NCBI GenBank assembly: GCA_964016885.1
Contig: OZ024742.1
Span: forward strand, 370,140,001-370,204,000
Length of the DNA: 64,000 bases
Reading direction: 5' to 3'
Source: Eledone cirrhosa
Taxonomy: Eukaryota
In this document: one piece after another, positions 53,649 through 64,000 of the stretch
How the letters are laid out: each line of letters begins with the position of its first letter
Position numbering within the stretch: the first letter of the stretch is position 1
The notes under the pieces: generated by a model
Told to the model about the DNA's origin: nothing
The model's database searches: none
Seen by the model: the letters and a program-made list of their open reading frames with translations, nothing else
Translations under genes and position numbers: made by a program

Positions 53649-54984
53649 GAGAGTGGGAGAGAGAGTGGGAGAGAGAGTGGGGGGAGAGAGTGGGAGAGAG
53701 AGTGGGGGAGGGAGTGGGGGAGAGAGTGGGGGAGAGAGTGGGGGAGAGAGAGAGATGGAGAGAGAGATGGAGAGAGAAATGGAGAGAGAGATGGAGAGAG
53801 AAATGGAGAGAGAGATGGAGAGAGAGATGGAGAGAGAAATGGAGAGAGAAATGGAGAGAGAGATGGAGAGAGAGATGGAGAGAGAGAGATGGAGAGAGAG
53901 ATGGAGAGAGAGTGAGAGAGAGATGGAGAGAGAGAGTGAGAGAGATGGAGAGTGAGAGTGAGAGAGAGAGAGTGAGAGAGAGATTGAGTGAGAGAGAGAT
54001 TGAGTGAGAGAGAGATTGAGTGAGAGAGAGATTGAGTGAGAGAGAGATTGAGTGAGAGAGAGATAGAGTGAGAGAGAGAGTGAGAGAGAGAGAGAGAGAG
54101 AGAATGGAGAGAGAGAGAGAGATGGAGAGATGGAGAGAGAGATGGAGAGATGGAGAGAGTGAGAGAGATGGAGAGATGGAGAGAGTGAGAGAGATGGAGA
54201 GATGGAGAGAGTGAGAGAGATGGAGAGAGTGAGAGAGAGTGAGATGGAGAGAGATGGAGAGAGATGGAGAGAGATGGAGAGAGATGGAGAGAGAGAGATG
54301 GCGAGAGAGAGATGGAGAGAAAGATGGAGAGAAAGATGGAGAGAGAGTGAGAGAGATATGGAGAGAGAGATGGAGAGAGAGATGGAGAGAGAGATGGAGA
54401 GAGAGATGGAGAGAGAGAGAGATGGAGAGAGAGATGGAGAGAGAGAGAGATGGAGAGAGAGATGGAGAGAGAGAGAGATGGAGAGAGAGATGGAGAGAGA
54501 GAGATGGAGAGAGAGAGAGAGAGATGGAGAGAGAGTGAGAGAGATGGAGAGAGAGATGGAGAGAGAGTGAGAGAGATGGAGAGAGAGTGAGAGAGATAGG
54601 GAGAGAGAGTGAGAGAGATAGGGAGAGAGAGTGAGAGAGATAGGGAGAGAGAGTGAGAGAGATAGGGAGAGAGAGTGAGAGAGATAGGGAGAGAGAGTGA
54701 GAGAGATAGGGAGAGAGAGTGAGAGAGATAGGGAGAGAGAGTGAGAGATATGGAGAGAGAGTGAGAGAGATAGGGAGAGAGAGTGAGAGATAGGGAGAGA
54801 GGGTGAGAGATATGGAGAGAGAGTGAGAGAGATATGGAGAGAGAGTGAGAGAGATAGGGAGAGAGAGTGAGAGATATGGAGAGAGAGTGAGAGAGATATG
54901 GAGAGAGAGTGAGAGAGAGATGGAGGGAGAGAGAGAGAGAGTGAGAGAGAGTGAGAGAGAGATGGAGAGAGAGATAGTGAGAGA

Positions 54985-55023
<39 letters not shown>

Positions 55024-55050
55024 AGAGAGAGAGAGATGGAGAGAGAGATG

Positions 55051-55083
<33 letters not shown>

Positions 55084-55450
55084 AGAGAGATGGAGAGAGA
55101 GTGAGAGAGATAGGGAGAGAGAGTGAGAGAGATAGGGAGAGAGAGTGAGAGAGATAGGGAGAGAGAGTGAGAGAGATAGGGAGAGAGAGTGAGAGAGATA
55201 GGGAGAGAGAGTGAGAGAGATAGGGAGAGAGAGTGAGAGATAGGGAGAGAGAGTGAGAGATATGGAGAGAGAGTGAGAGATATGGAGAGAGAGTGAGAGA
55301 TATGGAGAGAGAGTGAGAGAGATAGGGAGAGAGAGTGAGAGATATGGAGAGAGAGTGAGAGAGATATGGAGAGAGAGTGAGAGAGAGATGGAGAGTGGGA
55401 GAGAGTGAGAGAGAGATGGAGAGCGAGATGGAGAGAGAGATAGTGAGAGA

Positions 55451-55493
<43 letters not shown>

Positions 55494-55840
55494 AGAGAGA
55501 GAGAGATGAAGAGAGAGAGAGAGAGATGGAGAGAGAGAGAGATGGAGAGAGAGAGAGAGAGAGTGAGAGAGATAGGGAGAGAGAGTGAGAGAGATAGGGA
55601 GAGAGAGTGAGAGAGATAGGGAGAGAGAGTGAGAGAGAGTGAGAGAGAGTGAGAGAGATATGGAGAGAGAGTGAGAGAGATATGGAGAGAGAGTGAGAGA
55701 GATATGGAGAGAGAGTGAGAGAGATATGGAGAGAGAGTGAGAGAAATATGGAGAGAGATGGAGAGAGAGTGAGAGAGATATGGAGAGAGAGTGAGAGAGA
55801 TATGGAGAGAGAGTGAGAGAGAGATGGAGAGAGAGATGGA
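53649..55840. repeat. (AG)n compound satellite with gatgga/gagtga/gatagg interruptions
   Basis: Direct reading. Confidence 0.95.
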
Positions 55841-56317
55841 TTTTGGGAGATGGATAAAATAAATTGACTGAAACAGAGACTGCTACATACACATATATAG
55901 AAACACATACCAACACATATACATGCACACATACATATATACACACACACACACACAAACACATACACACACATACACACACGTATAGAGACACTGGCTC
56001 CAACATTAGTTCCAACAATGTGAAAGCTCAACAACAACAACTGTTATTAACCAACTCTTAAGAACAGGGACAACACAGAAGACAGGTATTGTTTATAATC
56101 TTAATATTAAATAGAAAGAAGGGAAGGGGGGAGGGGGGAGAGGAAGGGAAGGGGAGAGAGAATGCAAGGAAGAATGAAAGAAGGAAAAAGAAAGAAAAAG
56201 AGAAAGGAAGAAAGAAGATAAAGACTTAAAATTCAATAAACATTGTAGAAGTTTAGTGAAATATGGAGAGGATGGTAACTACTAGAGATGTGTAGAATAT
56301 ATATGGTGACAGGTGTG

Positions 56318-59417
<3,100 letters not shown>

Positions 59418-59482
59418 ATAAAATATTAAACAAATAATGAATAAACAATGAAACAGTTCCTTATATTAAACAAAAAAAGTTC

Positions 59483-59630
59483 ATTATTTAACGATCGTTT
59501 CTAGGATATATATGTGTTAGAATTGGCATGCATATTCAACAGATCTATGTACAAAATTATACAAAATTATACAAACTATCAAGATTAAATATACATACCA
59601 ACACATATATACGCCGTCTTCAGAAATAAT
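59483..59630 (-). ncRNA. Hammerhead ribozyme (mirror copy)
   Basis: Reverse complement of 59639-59786. Confidence 0.6.
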
Positions 59631-59638
59631 CATTAATG

Positions 59639-59786
59639 ATTATTTCTGAAGACGGCGTATATATGTGTTGGTATGTATATTTAATCTTGATAGTTTGTAT
59701 AATTTTGTATAATTTTGTACATAGATCTGTTGAATATGCATGCCAATTCTAACACATATATATCCTAGAAACGATCGTTAAATAAT
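59639..59786 (+). ncRNA. Type I hammerhead ribozyme with 115-nt stem II
   Basis: ATTATTT CTGAAGA [59653-59767] GAAA CGATCG TT AAATAAT; palindromic stem III ACGATCGT; the base of stem II is imperfect. Confidence 0.6.
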
Positions 59787-59985
59787 GAACTTTTTTTGTT
59801 TAATATAAGGAACTGTTTCATTGTTTATTCATTATTTGTTTAATATTTTATCTTGACTCTGTATACCGTTTATCTTTCACCGAAAGTGATTTTTCATTAC
59901 ATCTCTTCTTTCCATGATATCCGGAATACATTGAGTTCTTCATACGGATTGGACACTACCGTAAACTCTTGGTAGATTTATCTAC

Positions 59986-60007
59986 ATATATATATATACA
60001 GATACAT

Positions 60008-60078
<71 letters not shown>

Positions 60079-60173
60079 TACATATATATATATACAGATA
60101 CATATATATATATATACAGATACACATATATATATATATATACAGATACACATATATATATATATATACAGAT

Positions 60174-60214
<41 letters not shown>

Positions 60215-60275
60215 CAGATACATATATATATATATACAGATACATACATATATATATACAGATACATACATATAT

Positions 60276-60306
<31 letters not shown>

Positions 60307-60311
60307 CACAG

Positions 60312-60354
<43 letters not shown>

Positions 60355-60409
60355 TACATACATATATATATATACAGATACATACATATATATATATATA
60401 TATATACAG

Positions 60410-60442
<33 letters not shown>

Positions 60443-60463
60443 CAGATACATATATATATATAG

Positions 60464-60508
<45 letters not shown>

Positions 60509-60617
60509 TACATATATATATATATATACAGATACATATATATATATATATATATACAGATACATATATATATATATATATATATACAGATATATATATA
60601 TATATATATATATACAG

Positions 60618-60652
<35 letters not shown>

Positions 60653-60892
60653 TACATACATATATATATACATATATACAGATACATACATATATATATA
60701 CAGGTACATACATATATATATACAGGTACATACATATATATATATATACAGGTACATACATATATATATATACAGGTACATACATATATATATATAGGTA
60801 CATACATATATATATACAGGTACATACATATATATATATACAGGTACATACATATATATATATACAGGTACATACATATATATATATACAGG

Positions 60893-60924
<32 letters not shown>

Positions 60925-60989
60925 CAGGTACATACATATATATATATATACAGGTACATACATATATATATATATATACAGGTACATAC

Positions 60990-61020
<31 letters not shown>

Positions 61021-61096
61021 CCTGTACATACATACATATATATATATATATACAGGTACATACATATATATATATATATATGTATGTATGTACCTG

Positions 61097-61147
<51 letters not shown>

Positions 61148-61148
61148 G

Positions 61149-61203
<55 letters not shown>

Positions 61204-61323
61204 GTACATACATACATATATATATATATACAGGTACATACATACATATATATATATATATACAGGTACATACATACATACATATATATATATATACAGG
61301 TACATAGATATATATATATACAG

Positions 61324-61361
<38 letters not shown>

Positions 61362-61365
61362 GTAC

Positions 61366-61398
<33 letters not shown>

Positions 61399-61802
61399 CA
61401 GGTACATACATACATATATATATATATATATAGGTACATACATACATACATATAGGTACATACATACATACATATATCATCATCATCATCATCATCATCA
61501 TCACCGTTTTACGTCCGTTCTTCCACGCTAGCATGGGTTAGACGGGTTGTCCTGTTGTGGGCAGTGTCTGGTCGGCTGACCATGCCTTGCTCATACAGGA
61601 ACTGATCTGGCTTGATTTCTACAGCTGGATGCCCTTCCTAACACCAACCTCATTTACAGTGAGTGCTGGGTGCTTTTTCGTGGCGCCTACACGTCCACTT
61701 TACAGTGTGGGCTGGGTACATACATATAGGTACATACATATATATAGGTACATACATCATCATCATTTTACGTCCGCTTTTCCCTGCTTGCAATATAGGT
61801 AC

Positions 61803-61837
<35 letters not shown>

Positions 61838-61842
61838 GGTAC

Positions 61843-61873
<31 letters not shown>

Positions 61874-62070
61874 GGTACATACATACATATATATATAGGT
61901 ACATACATACATATATATATAGGTACATACATACATATATATATAGGTACATACATACATATATATATAGGTACATACATACATAAATATATAGGTACAT
62001 ACATACATACATATATAGGTACATACATACATACATATATAGGTACATACATACATACATATATAGGTAC

Positions 62071-62122
<52 letters not shown>

Positions 62123-62143
62123 GTACATACATATATATATAGG

Positions 62144-62179
<36 letters not shown>

Positions 62180-62280
62180 CAGGTACATACATATATATAT
62201 AGGTACATACATACATATATAGGTACATACATACATACATAGGTACATACATACATATATATATAGGTACATACATACAT

Positions 62281-62311
<31 letters not shown>

Positions 62312-62315
62312 CAGG

Positions 62316-62347
<32 letters not shown>

Positions 62348-62351
62348 CAGG

Positions 62352-62385
<34 letters not shown>

Positions 62386-62389
62386 CAGG

Positions 62390-62421
<32 letters not shown>

Positions 62422-62848
62422 CAGGTACATACATACATATATATACATATATATATACAGGTACATACATACATATATATACATATATATATATATATAC
62501 ATATATATATACAGGTACATACATACATATATATATATATATACATATATATATACAGGTACATACATACATATATATATATATACAGGTACATACATAC
62601 ATACATACATATATATATATATACAGGTACATACATACATACATATATATATATATACAGGTACATACATACATACATATATATATATACAGGTACATAC
62701 ATACATATATATATATACAGGTACATACATATATATATATATATATACAGGTACATACATACATACATATATATATATATACAGGTACATACATACATAC
62801 ATATATATATATACAGGTACATACATACATACATATATATACAGGTAC

Positions 62849-62881
<33 letters not shown>

Positions 62882-63038
62882 CAGGTACATACATACATAC
62901 ATACATATATATATATATATACAGGTACATATATATATATATATGTACCTGTATATATAGATATATATATATGTATATATGTATATATATACATATATAT
63001 ATATCTATATATACATATATATATATCTATATATACAG

Positions 63039-63069
<31 letters not shown>

Positions 63070-63072
63070 CAG

Positions 63073-63152
<80 letters not shown>

Positions 63153-63312
63153 GTACATATATATATATACAGGTACATATATATATATACAGGTACATAT
63201 ATATATATAGGTACATATACATATATATATACAGGTAGATACATATATATACAGGTAGATACATATATATATACAGGTAGATACATATATATACAGGTAC
63301 ATACCTATATAT
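59986..63312. repeat. (TA)n/(TACA)n array punctuated by cagatac, then caggtac/taggtac
   Basis: Direct reading; interrupted by an RTE-tail copy. Confidence 0.95.
61477..61716 (-). mobile_element. RTE-tail copy with (GAT)n tail
   Basis: (cat)n..cgtccgttcttccacgctagcatggg...ctggatgcccttcctaacaccaacc; a second tail stub lies at 61756-61792. Confidence 0.8.
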
Positions 63313-63813
63313 AGGGATGCACACAAACTCATACAGGTAATGTACACATATACAAGTACACATACACACACTCATATAGAGGTACACACAATTCTACAGG
63401 TAGACAGACAATTGTACACACACAGGTACACAGACACACACACACACACACTCATATCCAGGTATACACAATTATAGACACGTACACTCATATCCAGGTA
63501 CACGTACACACACACACATAGTATGTACATCACTCTAGCATAGAAAACTGAGGATCAAACCAGCTAATGTCCATTGTATTTATTTATGTGCAGGTATATG
63601 TACACACACACCTAAATATGTGATTGGTTCTATATCTTACGCCCGTCTCCCTCATTTGGAAGTCATGTGATGACGTCAGCAGTCTTCAACTGCTACTAAG
63701 TCACTAGTAGACCTTTGCGATAGAACATCAAGGATCAATTCCCATTGACGAACCTCTTATTTGGTCCTGGTTGTGTTTGTTCCTACCTGGTGGTTCTGGA
63801 GCTGTGTACTAGG

Positions 63814-64000
63814 TGTAACTATTGCACTGCACACAACACAGAGAAGAAACCAACGATTTACGTTTGGTCGAGGCTAAATTATTTAACACTCACACATAGT
63901 GCCGAACTTACCACTAATAACTAAATGTGTACCATCTGAATCACCGATAAGCACTTCGGAAATGCAAGTCCAGTGAAATCATTGAGCAAGTGGGAAATTT
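63814..64000 (-). mobile_element. Possible LTR end, running off the window
   Basis: Minus strand ends ...ctctgtgttgtgtgcagtgcaatagttACA after an A-rich signal; only the terminal pattern supports this. Confidence 0.2.

Larger units (their letters stand above)
59418..59985. mobile_element. Second Penelope-like remnant: spacer-less 434-bp palindrome (59418-59851) plus 134-bp unique extension
   Basis: Centre catt|aatg at 59634/59635; no mismatch found by eye; contains a hammerhead core; inserted in the TA array. Confidence 0.7.

Noticed and set aside
63671-63678. CRE palindrome TGACGTCA
   Set aside because: A single 8-mer is expected by chance in 64 kb.

Overview
Eukaryotic, AT-rich and repeat-saturated DNA. 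The SINE, RTE-tail and Helitron types and the microsatellite load resemble coleoid cephalopod (octopus-like) genomes; this is an inference. Well over half of the window is tandem repeat: 13, 24, 27, 33, 34, 47/48, 49, 56 and 72 bp units plus GGT, CCA, AG, CA and TA compound microsatellites. These repeats explain almost all long ORFs in the track. The only recognisable protein-coding remnants are retroelements: a 5'-truncated RTE LINE (22199-23859, -) and an L1/Tx1-type element that has lost its endonuclease and RT domains (41821-44608, +). The most notable structures are two ~0.45 kb palindromes (16581-17040 and 59418-59851). Each is built from a hammerhead ribozyme with an enlarged stem II, so both strands encode a candidate ribozyme. 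A third, minimal hammerhead lies at 16389-16433 (-). All are consistent with inverted Penelope-like pseudo-LTRs. A 12 kb 49-bp satellite pairs a four-G-tract/TTAGGG motif with a hammerhead-like half core. A few short + strand exon candidates are low confidence.
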